DNA of 64,000 bases from an uncultured virus (IMG/VR IMGVR_UViG_3300049571_000412) (taxonomy: Duplodnaviria > Heunggongvirae > Uroviricota > Caudoviricetes): the IMG/VR virus record IMGVR_UViG_3300049571_000412; one strand, 5' to 3'. Shown here piece after piece: positions 9,363 through 18,348 of the stretch. The translations under genes and the position numbers were made by a program. A model generated the notes under the pieces. That model saw only the letters and a list, made by a program, of their open reading frames with translations, did not search any database and was not told the origin of the DNA. Position 1 is the first letter of the stretch. Each line of letters starts with the position of its first letter.

Positions 9363-9662
9363 TCAGTCCTCCTCCCCGGAGCGCTCGAAGTAGTGGGCGA
9401 CCGATTCGTTCGGACCCAGGCCGCGGGCGGCAGGCGTGACGCCGATGGCATCCCTCGTCTCGAATTCCTCGCCGCCGACGACCATCACACTCGGTTCCGG
9501 CGCAAGCTGGGCGCCCTGCATCCAGCGGTCGATGCACCGCTGGTCCATCCCCTGCTCCTCCATGTCCCGCATCGCCTCGGCGCGGGTGCAGATCAGGCCG
9601 CCGTAGAAGATCGGCTCGTTGAAGAAGTCGGTGACGACGCTACGCTTCGCGGTGCTGGTCAC
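9363..9662 (-). CDS. Hypothetical phage protein
   Basis: AAGGGAG RBS before the GTG at 9662. Confidence 0.55.
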   Translation of the reverse strand: MTSTAKRSVVTDFFNEPIFYGGLICTRAEAMRDMEEQGMDQRCIDRWMQGAQLAPEPSVMVVGGEEFETRDAIGVTPAARGLGPNESVAHYFERSGEED

Positions 9663-9773
9663 GGGGTCTACTCCCTTGACTAGGGCGGCCGGAAGTTGGC
9701 GCTTCGCGGGCCGCGTTTTCGGTAGCGCAGATACTACCACATCTGCGACAGTGCAGGTGCTATCATCGCCGCC

Positions 9774-9929
9774 ATGGCCAAAGAGAAGCCCGCCGTCAAA
9801 ACCCTGCGCGTCCCCCGCGACATGGCTCCGCTCATCACCGCCGAGGCCGAGCGCCAAGGCATCCCCGAGAACCAGTGGATGCTTGCCGTCCTCGCTGCTG
9901 CAGTCGGCTACAAACGCCCGAAGAAGTAG
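9774..9929 (+). CDS. Small ribbon-helix-helix (Arc-like) DNA-binding protein, leaderless (51 aa, not in ORF track)
   Basis: MAKEKPAVKTLRVPRDMAPLITAEAERQGIPENQWMLAVL fits an RHH pattern. TG-C-TATCAT extended -10 lies 7 nt before the ATG. Confidence 0.7.
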   Translation: MAKEKPAVKTLRVPRDMAPLITAEAERQGIPENQWMLAVLAAAVGYKRPKK

Positions 9930-9934
9930 CCCCC

Positions 9935-10375
9935 TCACGACCCCGACTCCTCCCCGGGCTGGTCGGTCTCTTTCTGTGAGAGTGCGGCGACCCGGACCTT
10001 GTCGCTGACAGTGTCGGCGATAGCGCACACCGCGCCGTGGTCGGCAAAGGTCGGTTCGCCCTCCTCGTCCAGCAGTCCCATCGCCTCGATCTCGGTGCAG
10101 ATCTCGTGGCGGATCGTCAGGAGGATCGGCCCGTCTTCGTCGAGCAACCTCCGCCGCTCCCCTTCGGCTCCCTTCTGTTCGTAGTGCTTGGCGAGAAACG
10201 GCAGGGCAGCGTCTAGATCGCGGCGCGCTTCGTCTATCCACGTCTGCCGGTCGGGCGGGAAACTGGCGCTCCAGTCCGCCTGCCCCTTGAGCCGCCCGTT
10301 CACCTCCCACGTCGAACGGGCTAGGGCTTCGATAGCCTCCGAGAGCCGGTCGGCCTTCTGCTCGGTGCTAGGCAT
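9935..10375 (-). CDS. Hypothetical phage protein
   Basis: Coupled ORF. Confidence 0.55.
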   Translation of the reverse strand: MPSTEQKADRLSEAIEALARSTWEVNGRLKGQADWSASFPPDRQTWIDEARRDLDAALPFLAKHYEQKGAEGERRRLLDEDGPILLTIRHEICTEIEAMGLLDEEGEPTFADHGAVCAIADTVSDKVRVAALSQKETDQPGEESGS

Positions 10376-10703
10376 CGTCGTCTCCGTTCAGGTAGGCGGT
10401 GAGGTTCTGGATCACATCGCCAGCACCGACGTGCTTGCCTACTGCAAGGTGGTCAAGGCCGTCGGGGGCGTTCTTGAGTTCGTGGTCGCGGCGTTTCCTC
10501 AGCCAGTCGCGCACGTCGGCGAGCGTGCGGTTGTGGCCGAGCAGCTTCGGCGGATCGGTGCGTCCGGCGAGGATGCGGAGGAAGCGGGCGTCCCGGCCGT
10601 CCTGGTCGAAGTGGCGGCGGAACTCGGCCGGGAGGTGTTCCAGTTCGCCGGCGATTTCGATGAGCCGCGCGCGGTCGTCGTCGGTCAACAGCTCGGTGGG
10701 CAT
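10368..10703 (-). CDS. Hypothetical phage protein
   Basis: Coupled ORF; N-terminus resembles the C-terminus of 7110..8369. Confidence 0.6.
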   Translation of the reverse strand: MPTELLTDDDRARLIEIAGELEHLPAEFRRHFDQDGRDARFLRILAGRTDPPKLLGHNRTLADVRDWLRKRRDHELKNAPDGLDHLAVGKHVGAGDVIQNLTAYLNGDDDA

Positions 10704-11453
10704 CTAGGCCACCGCCTCCACGTCTTCGAGCGAATCGAACAGCGACGGCATCGACTGCTTGCGCTCCTCCGCCTGCAGGTAGGCGACCGCGTCGAGGAAG
10801 TAGTTCGGGTCATCCGTCGGCTCGGGGCCGAGCAGCTCTCGCTCCGTGTTCGCCCGGCTATGGACCCAGCGGTGGCAGCGCTGGCAGAGCAGGCGGAGGT
10901 TTCGCACCTCGGTCCGCAGCGCGATGACCGCGAAGCTGATCAGGTGGTGGATGTGGAAGCGGGTCGTCTTGCGATCGATGGTGCGGAAGTCGAGTTCGCA
11001 CCGCTCGCAGCAGCCGTCCGCGCGCGCCCACACCGCCTTGACCGCCGCCTTCCACCGCCGGGTCCGATAGAAGGCCTGACGCTCCGGGGTGACGCCCCCC
11101 TTCCAGTTCGGATTGTCCTCCGGCGCCGCGTCCTTCAGCCAGTGCTTACCGTCACGCAGGTACGGCACAGCACCGCGGGCGATCGACGCGGCGCGGATGC
11201 GCGCGACCGCCTCGGGCGTGTGGCCGCGGCCACGTAGGGCGCCTTGGCCCCTCTTGCGGTTGGCGACCGACTCGCGCGTACATCCATGCGGCCGGGTCGG
11301 GATCTGGAACTTTCGCAGCCACCAATGCACGGTCTTCGTGTCACGACCGACCATCCGTCCGATCTCAGGACACCCGCGTTCCAGGGTGACGTACTGGTGC
11401 TCCAGCCAGTCCCGGGTCGGCGGCCAGCAGGTCCGTGCGGCAAGGTCAGGCAA
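10704..11453 (-). CDS. HNH endonuclease with N-terminal HTH/NUMOD-like segments
   Basis: NPNWKGG, CERC...HIHH...NLRLLCQRCHRWVH. TTG start inferred. Confidence 0.85.
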   Translation of the reverse strand: MPDLAARTCWPPTRDWLEHQYVTLERGCPEIGRMVGRDTKTVHWWLRKFQIPTRPHGCTRESVANRKRGQGALRGRGHTPEAVARIRAASIARGAVPYLRDGKHWLKDAAPEDNPNWKGGVTPERQAFYRTRRWKAAVKAVWARADGCCERCELDFRTIDRKTTRFHIHHLISFAVIALRTEVRNLRLLCQRCHRWVHSRANTERELLGPEPTDDPNYFLDAVAYLQAEERKQSMPSLFDSLEDVEAVA

Positions 11454-12417
11454 CGTCGAGCTCCAATCCGATCTGCTCGCTCTCGGTGGCGGCCGCAGCG
11501 AGGTTCTTGAGGGCCTGTCGGTAGTAGCTCGGCTTGAGCTCGACGCCAATCCCGCGGCGACCTCCTGCCACGGCGCCGTAGACCTCGGAGCCCACGCCCA
11601 TGAACGGGGTCAACACCGTCTCGCCGGGGTTGCTCCAGAGGATGAGGGCGCGATCGATCACGTCGAGTTGCAGCGGGTGGACGTGCTTCTCGTCCTCTTC
11701 GTCGCGGGCCTCGCGGAAGGGCAGCACTCGATCGAGCCGGACGTCGTCCCAGAAGGCCGAGGCGTACTGCCGCCAGATCCAGTGCGAGTAGCGATTCCCG
11801 GTCTGCTTGCCGGTCCAGCCGCGGAAGGGCTCAAGTTCGGCGGGGACCTGCCGCTCGCCCGCGTAGACCGTCAGCCCGTTCGGGTGGCTGATCGGCACGG
11901 GGTTTTCACCCTCGCGGCGGAAGACCAGTAGGTAGTCGGCGGAGGCGACGGTACAACGGGAGGAGTCGTCGACGATCGTCCGGTGGGCGAGTCCCTTCTT
12001 GAGGGTTCGGTTGCGGACCGTCAGCGGCTCCTTCCAGACGTGGTAGCGGGCGATGTAGTGGAAGCCGAGCCGCTCGTGCAGGCGGATGATGTCCCCGGGA
12101 AAGTCGACCAGCGCGTCGTTCTTCCCGGTGTTACCGGTCGGCACATCCATGCAGTGGACGGCTGAGATCCGGCCGGGCATCGTCAGCCGGGCGATCTCGG
12201 CGACGACCAAGCCGTAGTGCTCGAAGAACTCGTCGTAATCGCGACTGTTCGACAGGTCGCGCTCGCTCGACGTGTACTGGTAGAGACCCGCGAACGGCGG
12301 CGAGTAGATCGACAGGTGAGTCGAGCCGTCGGGGAGCGTCGGCAGGACCTCCATGCAGTCGCCGCAATAGGCGGCGTAGTCGTCGGTGATCTCCTGGGTC
12401 AGCACATCGCCAGCCAT
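11446..12417 (-). CDS. DNA methyltransferase (N4-C/N6-A, beta class)
   Basis: SPPF catalytic motif precedes the TPFMGVGSE SAM-binding motif. Confidence 0.9.
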   Translation of the reverse strand: MAGDVLTQEITDDYAAYCGDCMEVLPTLPDGSTHLSIYSPPFAGLYQYTSSERDLSNSRDYDEFFEHYGLVVAEIARLTMPGRISAVHCMDVPTGNTGKNDALVDFPGDIIRLHERLGFHYIARYHVWKEPLTVRNRTLKKGLAHRTIVDDSSRCTVASADYLLVFRREGENPVPISHPNGLTVYAGERQVPAELEPFRGWTGKQTGNRYSHWIWRQYASAFWDDVRLDRVLPFREARDEEDEKHVHPLQLDVIDRALILWSNPGETVLTPFMGVGSEVYGAVAGGRRGIGVELKPSYYRQALKNLAAAATESEQIGLELDVA

Positions 12418-13766
12418 GCCGGCACCTCCACTTCCTCGTCGTAGTCATCGGTCCTCTGGACCTCGAGGCCATCACGCATGTGGGCGACGAGGGCCTCGAA
12501 CATCCGGTCCGCCTGCTCGCCCTTGCGACGGAGGTTCTCCATCGCGCCGGCCCCGCCCTCCGTCGTCACCAGGTCGACGCGGACGGGCTCGGTCTGCCCG
12601 AACCGCCAGAAGCGGCGCACCGCCTGGTAGTACTGCTCGTAGGAGTGGCTCGGGAAGAACGTCGCGCGGTGGCAGTGCTGCCAGTTGAGCCCCCAGGCGC
12701 CGATCTTCGGCTTCGTGACCAGCACCCGGATATCGCCGCGCCCGAAGGCGGCAAGCTTCTCCTCCTTGACCTCGGAGGGATCACTGCCCCGAACCTCCAC
12801 GGCGCCGTCGATCAGCTTCGTCAACAGGGCGCTCTCGTCGTTGAGTTGGCACCAGGCGACCCCGGGTTCGGCGTCCTCGAGCAGATCGGCAGCCCGCTCG
12901 CATCGCTCGTCCAGGGTGCGGCGAAGCTCCTCGCGTTCCTCATGGAGGCCGACCGCCGGGCCGTCGAAGAGCGTGCCCTCCCGCTCGGTCGCCGCGGCGA
13001 CGAGGACCTCGCGCTGCTCAAGCGGAGGCAGTTCGAACCCGTCATCGGAGAAGCCGAGATCGGAAGGCTTGCGCATCGCGCGCCCCCAAGAGGCGACCCA
13101 GCGCCAGAACTGCTCTTCGGCGTGACCCTTGAATCGCCAGTCGGGGCCGCGGCGGTGGTGACCGTGCGGCACCTTCCCGTCGTTGACGAAAAACCGGCTC
13201 AGCATGTCCATGTAGCCGAGTTGACCGAGGGCCTCGCTCGAGGTGCCGAGCTCGGTGTAGTCGTTGGGCGCCGCCGTCGCCGTACTCAGCAGACGGAATC
13301 GCATCTGCCGCATGAACTCGGTGACCAGGGCGCGACGCTTGCCGTCGAAGGCCTTGATCGCGCTCGACTCGTCGCAGACCGCGCCTGCGAAGTCGGCTGA
13401 GTCGAAGAGATGGAGCCGGTCATAATTCGTGACGGTGACCCCGGCAACAACCGCCCCATCCCGCGACGTGGCCGCTTCGATGCCGAACTTCGCGGCCTCC
13501 TCCTCCACCTGGAAGGTCACCGCGAGCGGCGCGGCGACGATCACCGGACGACCCGTGTGCAGTCGCACGTTCTCCGCCCACGCAAGCTGCATCAGCGTCT
13601 TCCCCAAGCCGCAGTCCGCGAAGAGCGCGCCGCGGCCGCGACGGATCGCCCATTCGACCAACGCCGTCTGGAAGTCGAACAACTGGTCGGGCATCCAGAT
13701 CGGGTCGAACCCCGCATCGCCATCGAACTGCGCCTTGCGAGCGAGGAAGTCGGTGTAGGTGGTCAT
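12399..13766 (-). CDS. SNF2-like SF2 helicase
   Basis: GLGKT, DESS, TAT, GLNWQ and QAVRRFWRFGQ. Confidence 0.88.
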   Translation of the reverse strand: MTTYTDFLARKAQFDGDAGFDPIWMPDQLFDFQTALVEWAIRRGRGALFADCGLGKTLMQLAWAENVRLHTGRPVIVAAPLAVTFQVEEEAAKFGIEAATSRDGAVVAGVTVTNYDRLHLFDSADFAGAVCDESSAIKAFDGKRRALVTEFMRQMRFRLLSTATAAPNDYTELGTSSEALGQLGYMDMLSRFFVNDGKVPHGHHRRGPDWRFKGHAEEQFWRWVASWGRAMRKPSDLGFSDDGFELPPLEQREVLVAAATEREGTLFDGPAVGLHEEREELRRTLDERCERAADLLEDAEPGVAWCQLNDESALLTKLIDGAVEVRGSDPSEVKEEKLAAFGRGDIRVLVTKPKIGAWGLNWQHCHRATFFPSHSYEQYYQAVRRFWRFGQTEPVRVDLVTTEGGAGAMENLRRKGEQADRMFEALVAHMRDGLEVQRTDDYDEEVEVPAWLAMC

Positions 13767-14356
13767 GCTGCGACTCCCTCCTGCTCGCCGCAGCAGGCCA
13801 CGAGAAAGTCAGGGTTGCCGCCCAGCCCCGCGATGATCGCCTTCAGCTTCTCGAAGTGGGTGCGCTGCGCGGGCGCGACGGGGCCGTCACCCCACTCCGC
13901 GTCCTCACGGATGTAGTAGCGACAGTAGGTCTCGGTCGCCGAGTACGCGTGTGCGAGGTCGCGCGCGTCGGCGATGTGCGGCTCGTGCTCGCGCTGGAGG
14001 CGGAGGCCCTTCAGCAGGGCCGGCCAGGAGGCGTAGCGCGCCTCGGCGCGGCGGCCGACACAAACTCCCTTGGCGTCGTGCCAGATTTCACGGGCGCCAC
14101 CAACGCAGTCGTCCGGCTTCGCGTCGAGCGGCAGTGGGCTGGGCTGCGTCCAGCTCTTCCAGCGGATGATTCGTTCGGCCTCGGCCAGCGCAGACAGCCA
14201 CTCCTCATCGGTGTGCATCGATTTGGGCAGCGGCGTCGGGACGAACGTGTGGGTCGGGACGGACGGAGCTGAGGCGCCGCGACGCACGATCTCCGCCGTC
14301 GGCTCGACGGTGACGGCCTCGACCGGCGGCACGAGGAGGTCGAGCTGAGTCGTCAC
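13763..14356 (-). CDS. Hypothetical phage protein
   Basis: GTGA coupling to the C5 methyltransferase stop. Confidence 0.5.
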   Translation of the reverse strand: MTTQLDLLVPPVEAVTVEPTAEIVRRGASAPSVPTHTFVPTPLPKSMHTDEEWLSALAEAERIIRWKSWTQPSPLPLDAKPDDCVGGAREIWHDAKGVCVGRRAEARYASWPALLKGLRLQREHEPHIADARDLAHAYSATETYCRYYIREDAEWGDGPVAPAQRTHFEKLKAIIAGLGGNPDFLVACCGEQEGVAA

Positions 14357-16146
14357 CCGATCACCTCCAGCACCCGGCTCACCAACAACTCCATCGCCGG
14401 GGGCGTCACGGCGTTGCCGTACTGGGCCATGCGCTCCCGCTTGTTTCCGAGGACGGAGTACTCCGGGTGGAAGGCCATCGCAGCGGCGATCTCGTGGAGC
14501 TGGAACATCCGAAACCGGCAGTCGTCGATCTCGTCCTCGCTGAGAACGAAACCCGGAGGCCCCTGCGCGGCCATCGTGGGATTGACATCGCGATCGACGT
14601 CGCGTGGGCGGCCGTTGCGGGTGAAGGGCACCACCATCGCCAGCCGATCGCGCGTGGTCAGCGTCGGGGTGGGGTCCCGGTCGGAGAGGCCCGTCTCGTT
14701 GCCGCTCTGGTATGGGATCACCAATGACTGATGGCACCCACGGGTCAGGGTTCGGATCGGCTCATGCACCGGGGTCGACATCTCGGCGCCGCCCTGGTTG
14801 TTGCGCATCACCACGGCGTGGTGATTGCCGGTGAGGATCGGGCCGCCCGGCTCCTCATCGGCCACGCGGGGGACGTTGTTCGCGAGATTCGACATGACAA
14901 GCGCCTTCGATTCGCGCGAGGTCTGGGTCGCCAAGGGCTCATCGACCGGCGCTCCCTCCGACCAGGTCCCGCCGGGATGCACGACCAGCGCCGGGCGGGT
15001 GGTCGTCGGCTGCGTCGGCGCCGGCGCGACGTGGGCGTCGCGCGCGGCCACCGAGCCCATCGGAGGGACGACGACGGCGCGGTCGAGGGTCCCGTGGACG
15101 GTGTCGCATGGCTGGCGATCGGCGTCGCGGGCGCGGTTGCCCGGCGTCCGCTCGAAGGTGTTGCCCGCGACCGGCATCACCATCGCCGAGTCGTGGTCGG
15201 CGGGGGTGGTGACGATCGGCAGCGTGAGGGGCTTGGGCGCACCACGGCCGAGGCGGATCTCGAACGGCTCGTTCGTCAACTTCTCCAGCCCGCGCCGGAT
15301 CCGTTTACGGGTATTGGCGGCCAGCGGCCGGACGCGATCTCCGATCCGCTCGGCCGGGAGCGCCCAGTCGATCGCGGTCGCCGCCGGGAAGACGCCGGGC
15401 AGCACCGCGCCGTGGCAATCGGGGCAGACGTAGAAGTACTGCGCGCCGTATCGACCCCACGGGAGGTCCGGCTTCTTCCACGCCTGGCGGCCGTCGACGA
15501 GGCCCTCGCACGACGGGCACCACGAGCGCGGCTCCACCCGGAGGTTCGGCTTACGAATCCCCTTCAACCACCACACCACGTACATCCGGTCGCGGGACTG
15601 CGGCACGGCGCCGGCGAACATCGAGTTGAGGAAGACGATCTCGAACTGGTAGCCGAGTGCCTTCCCGAACCCGAGCCATGCTCGGAACATCGAGCCGTCG
15701 TCGTTCGGCCCCCACTTGAACGCGTCGACGACGTTCTCGACGATGATCGCCTTATAGGGCTGCCCCTGCTGCATCTTGATGTCCGCGAACCGCCAGACAT
15801 CGTGCATCGTCGCCCGCGAGCGATCCTGCTCATCGTCTCCGGCCGGACCGTCGTCGAAGAGCGAGGCGGCCTGCGGCTTGCGCCGCTTCGCGCCTTTGGC
15901 CAGGCTGTGGTTGGTGCACTCCGGAGAGGCGATGAAGATGTCGGTGAACGGGTAGGCCCGGATCCGCGCCGTCGTCAGCGCCGCCACGTCGTTGCACTCG
16001 TGGTCGGCGTGGGGGAAGTTCGTCGCGTGCGTTTCGATGGCGCGGTCCCAGTGGTTCAGGGCGAGCTTCGCTTCGGCGCCCGCCTTCTCGGCACCGTCGC
16101 TTGACCCGCCCGCACCGCAGAAACAATCGGTGAAGGTCGCACTCAT
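14353..16146 (-). CDS. DNA (cytosine-5) methyltransferase
   Basis: FCGAGG, SPECTNHS, ENV, QSRDR and GNAVTPP; long variable region with PxxTxT repeats. Confidence 0.92.
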   Translation of the reverse strand: MSATFTDCFCGAGGSSDGAEKAGAEAKLALNHWDRAIETHATNFPHADHECNDVAALTTARIRAYPFTDIFIASPECTNHSLAKGAKRRKPQAASLFDDGPAGDDEQDRSRATMHDVWRFADIKMQQGQPYKAIIVENVVDAFKWGPNDDGSMFRAWLGFGKALGYQFEIVFLNSMFAGAVPQSRDRMYVVWWLKGIRKPNLRVEPRSWCPSCEGLVDGRQAWKKPDLPWGRYGAQYFYVCPDCHGAVLPGVFPAATAIDWALPAERIGDRVRPLAANTRKRIRRGLEKLTNEPFEIRLGRGAPKPLTLPIVTTPADHDSAMVMPVAGNTFERTPGNRARDADRQPCDTVHGTLDRAVVVPPMGSVAARDAHVAPAPTQPTTTRPALVVHPGGTWSEGAPVDEPLATQTSRESKALVMSNLANNVPRVADEEPGGPILTGNHHAVVMRNNQGGAEMSTPVHEPIRTLTRGCHQSLVIPYQSGNETGLSDRDPTPTLTTRDRLAMVVPFTRNGRPRDVDRDVNPTMAAQGPPGFVLSEDEIDDCRFRMFQLHEIAAAMAFHPEYSVLGNKRERMAQYGNAVTPPAMELLVSRVLEVIG

Positions 16147-16346
16147 CCCATCGCCCCCAAGGTCGGTTCCCGCACCATCGACTCGAGCCGCTCGATGACC
16201 TTGTCGGCGTCATGCGCCCAGAACACCCGGGGTCGCTCAATGCCCGCCATCTCCGAGAGCTCGGCGATGCGTTGCCGCTGGGCGCGGGAGGCGGCATAAC
16301 GTCGCCGCCGTTCCCCCCACGCCCGGTTGAAGTCCGATGGCTTCAC
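16143..16346 (-). CDS. Hypothetical phage protein
   Basis: Coupled ORF. Confidence 0.5.
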   Translation of the reverse strand: MKPSDFNRAWGERRRRYAASRAQRQRIAELSEMAGIERPRVFWAHDADKVIERLESMVREPTLGAMG

Positions 16347-17287
16347 TCGGCCGCCTTCGGGTCAATCATCTTCTCGAACAGCTCGAACACCTGCGCGCGA
16401 TGGGTGGCGACCAGCGGCACGGCCTCCTCGATCGCCGCCTTGACCTTGTCGCTGTTGCGGACCGCCGAGTAGACGCTGTTGTAGCGCCGGTCAGCGGCAG
16501 CGACAGCGGCAGCGACAGCGGCAGCGACAGCGGCAGCGTCAGCGTCAGCGACAGCGTCAGCGACAGCGACAGCGTCAGCGACAGCGACAGCGACAGCGAC
16601 AGCGGCAGCGGCAGCGACAGCGTCAGCGACAGCGTCAGCGGCAGCGTCAGCGGCAGCGTCAGCGACAGCGGCAGCGGCAGCGACAGCGGCAGCGTCAGCG
16701 ACAGCGGCAGCGTCAGCGACAGCGACAGCGACAGCGGCAGCGACAGCGGCAGACCGTCCCGCCTCCTCCAGGCGCTTGCGGACCTCGGCTTCGATCCGCT
16801 CGCGGAGACGAGCTCGGGCGTCGGGGACCTTCTCGTAGACCTCGGCCCGGACCTTCCAGAGGAGTTCTGAGATGGCCGGGGTCCACTCCGAGACCTCCAT
16901 CGCACGGAGCTCGGCTGCGCGGTCGGTCATTCCGATCAGCTCCAACCAATCGGGAAGGCCGGTGTTGACCGCGTACTGGATCGCCAGCGTGCGGCGTGCC
17001 GGGTCCTGGCCGTCGTCAGCGGTGCCTCCGAGGCGGCCCTGGAACCGCTTCAGCTTCTGGCGGTCCTCGGCCGAGAGGCGGTCGTTGAGCCGGATCCCGA
17101 ACCGGCGCAGGACCGGACTGACGCACGGTGGGGAGTCGGACCAGTCCTCGCCATAGATCCACGCCTCCATCTCCAGGAAGCAGGCCTTCGGCGAGTCGGG
17201 ATCGCTCGGCGGCTGGTGGTTCCCGTAGGTCAACGGCAGCGACTTCGCCCGCTCGAGCCGCTCGGGGATGAGGGTTGCACTACTCAC
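16343..17287 (-). CDS. Phage protein with Ala/Val/Asp low-complexity tract
   Basis: Globular N-terminus ([12 protein letters not shown]) followed by an 86-residue Ala-X tract; AAAGGA RBS. Confidence 0.75.
   Translation of the reverse strand: MSSATLIPERLERAKSLPLTYGNHQPPSDPDSPKACFLEMEAWIYGEDWSDSPPCVSPVLRRFGIRLNDRLSAEDRQKLKRFQGRLGGTADDGQDPARRTLAIQYAVNTGLPDWLELIGMTDRAAELRAMEVSEWTPAISELLWKVRAEVYEKVPDARARLRERIEAEVRKRLEEAGRSAAVAAAVAVAVADAAAVADAAAVAAAAAVADAAADAAADAVADAVAAAAAVAVAVAVADAVAVADAVADADAAAVAAAVAAAVAAADRRYNSVYSAVRNSDKVKAAIEEAVPLVATHRAQVFELFEKMIDPKAAE
16492..16749. repeat. Hexamer tandem array (CAGCGN) x43
   Basis: Uninterrupted CAGCG[G/A/T] units. Confidence 0.95.
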
Positions 17288-17326
17288 AGTGGTAATTCCT
17301 TTCGGTGTGTTTTTCCTGCCGCGAAG

Positions 17327-17962
17327 TCATGCGGCGATGTGCATCTCGAGTTCGACGATCCGGGCCTGCGCCACGTCCAGCTCACGGCGCGGCACCCACA
17401 CTTCGCCGGTCACCCGCCGGAGCAATTCGTGCGGCGTGTAGTCGTGTCCCATCGCGTGTGCGAGCTCGTCCTGGTATCCGCCGCGGGCGAGCCTCGGGTG
17501 CAGGTCGACCGACTTTCCGGCGACCTTTCCGTCGAAGACCGGGTGGCAGCCGACGTTCGGCTGGTACCGGCGGCGGCACAGTGGAATCACGCAGAGCGGC
17601 GAGTCGCAGCCACCCGCGCTCCGGGGGACGAGATGCGCCGGATCGATCGTCCACTCTCCCGGAGCGTCGGGGTCGACCTCCCGGCCGCAGCCGAGGCAGA
17701 CCAGCAGTCTCACCTTCTCGCGCTGCAGGTTGGTGACGGAGAAGCCGCGGCCTGGTTTCAGGGTGGAGCTCTGCCGCGGTCGATCGCCGGCATCGATCTC
17801 CGCCTGGCGCTTCAGGCCCACCCGACGCAGAGGGGCGCGCTCCTTCGGCGCCGCCAGTTCGGCGGGGGTACGGAGACGGTTTCCGCAGTCGCATTCCTTC
17901 GGGCGCCTGCCGGAGTAGTACTCGGTGGTGCAACCACATGGCTGAGCGACGAGGCGCGTCAC
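17327..17962 (-). CDS. HNH-like putative nuclease
   Basis: CLGCG...IDPAHLVPRSAGG...VIPLC...CH. Confidence 0.65.
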   Translation of the reverse strand: MTRLVAQPCGCTTEYYSGRRPKECDCGNRLRTPAELAAPKERAPLRRVGLKRQAEIDAGDRPRQSSTLKPGRGFSVTNLQREKVRLLVCLGCGREVDPDAPGEWTIDPAHLVPRSAGGCDSPLCVIPLCRRRYQPNVGCHPVFDGKVAGKSVDLHPRLARGGYQDELAHAMGHDYTPHELLRRVTGEVWVPRRELDVAQARIVELEMHIAA

Positions 17963-18348
17963 GCCGCGGACCTCCGCAGGTGGTTGCGGATCGTCTTGTG
18001 GTCGCGTCCGAGCAGTCGGGCGATCTCGCCGATGCCGAGGCCGTCGTCCCGCAGTGCCCACATCCGGGCGCGCTCGCCCTCGGTCACTTCGTTGCCGCGA
18101 CCCTTGGTTCCGCGCCGGTAGAGGTCCTCCGGGACCTCGCCGAGCTGGACCCCGAGCGTCAGCAGGAACTCGTCGGCGGTGTGGACGAAGACCGCCCGGC
18201 CCTTCTCCCAGCGGCGCACCGAGGACTCCCAGCGCTCTCCGACCTGACGCGTCAGGCTCCCGCCACCGAGAGCGCCGCGGTCGCGGAGCCATGCGACGAA
18301 TCTGGGGCCGTCGATGAAGGTCATGGCGGCGGTGCCCATCAGAGGCAC
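17959..18348 (-). CDS. HTH DNA-binding protein
   Basis: C-terminal GLGIGEIARLLGRDHKTIRNHL. Confidence 0.7.
   Translation of the reverse strand: MPLMGTAAMTFIDGPRFVAWLRDRGALGGGSLTRQVGERWESSVRRWEKGRAVFVHTADEFLLTLGVQLGEVPEDLYRRGTKGRGNEVTEGERARMWALRDDGLGIGEIARLLGRDHKTIRNHLRRSAA

Noticed and set aside
16337..16870. Ser-Asp repeat ORF resembling staphylococcal Sdr adhesins (and the Leu-Ser/Pro frame 16366..16905)
   Set aside because: Alternative-frame readings of the hexamer array. The coupled minus-strand gene with an RBS and globular N-terminus explains the locus.
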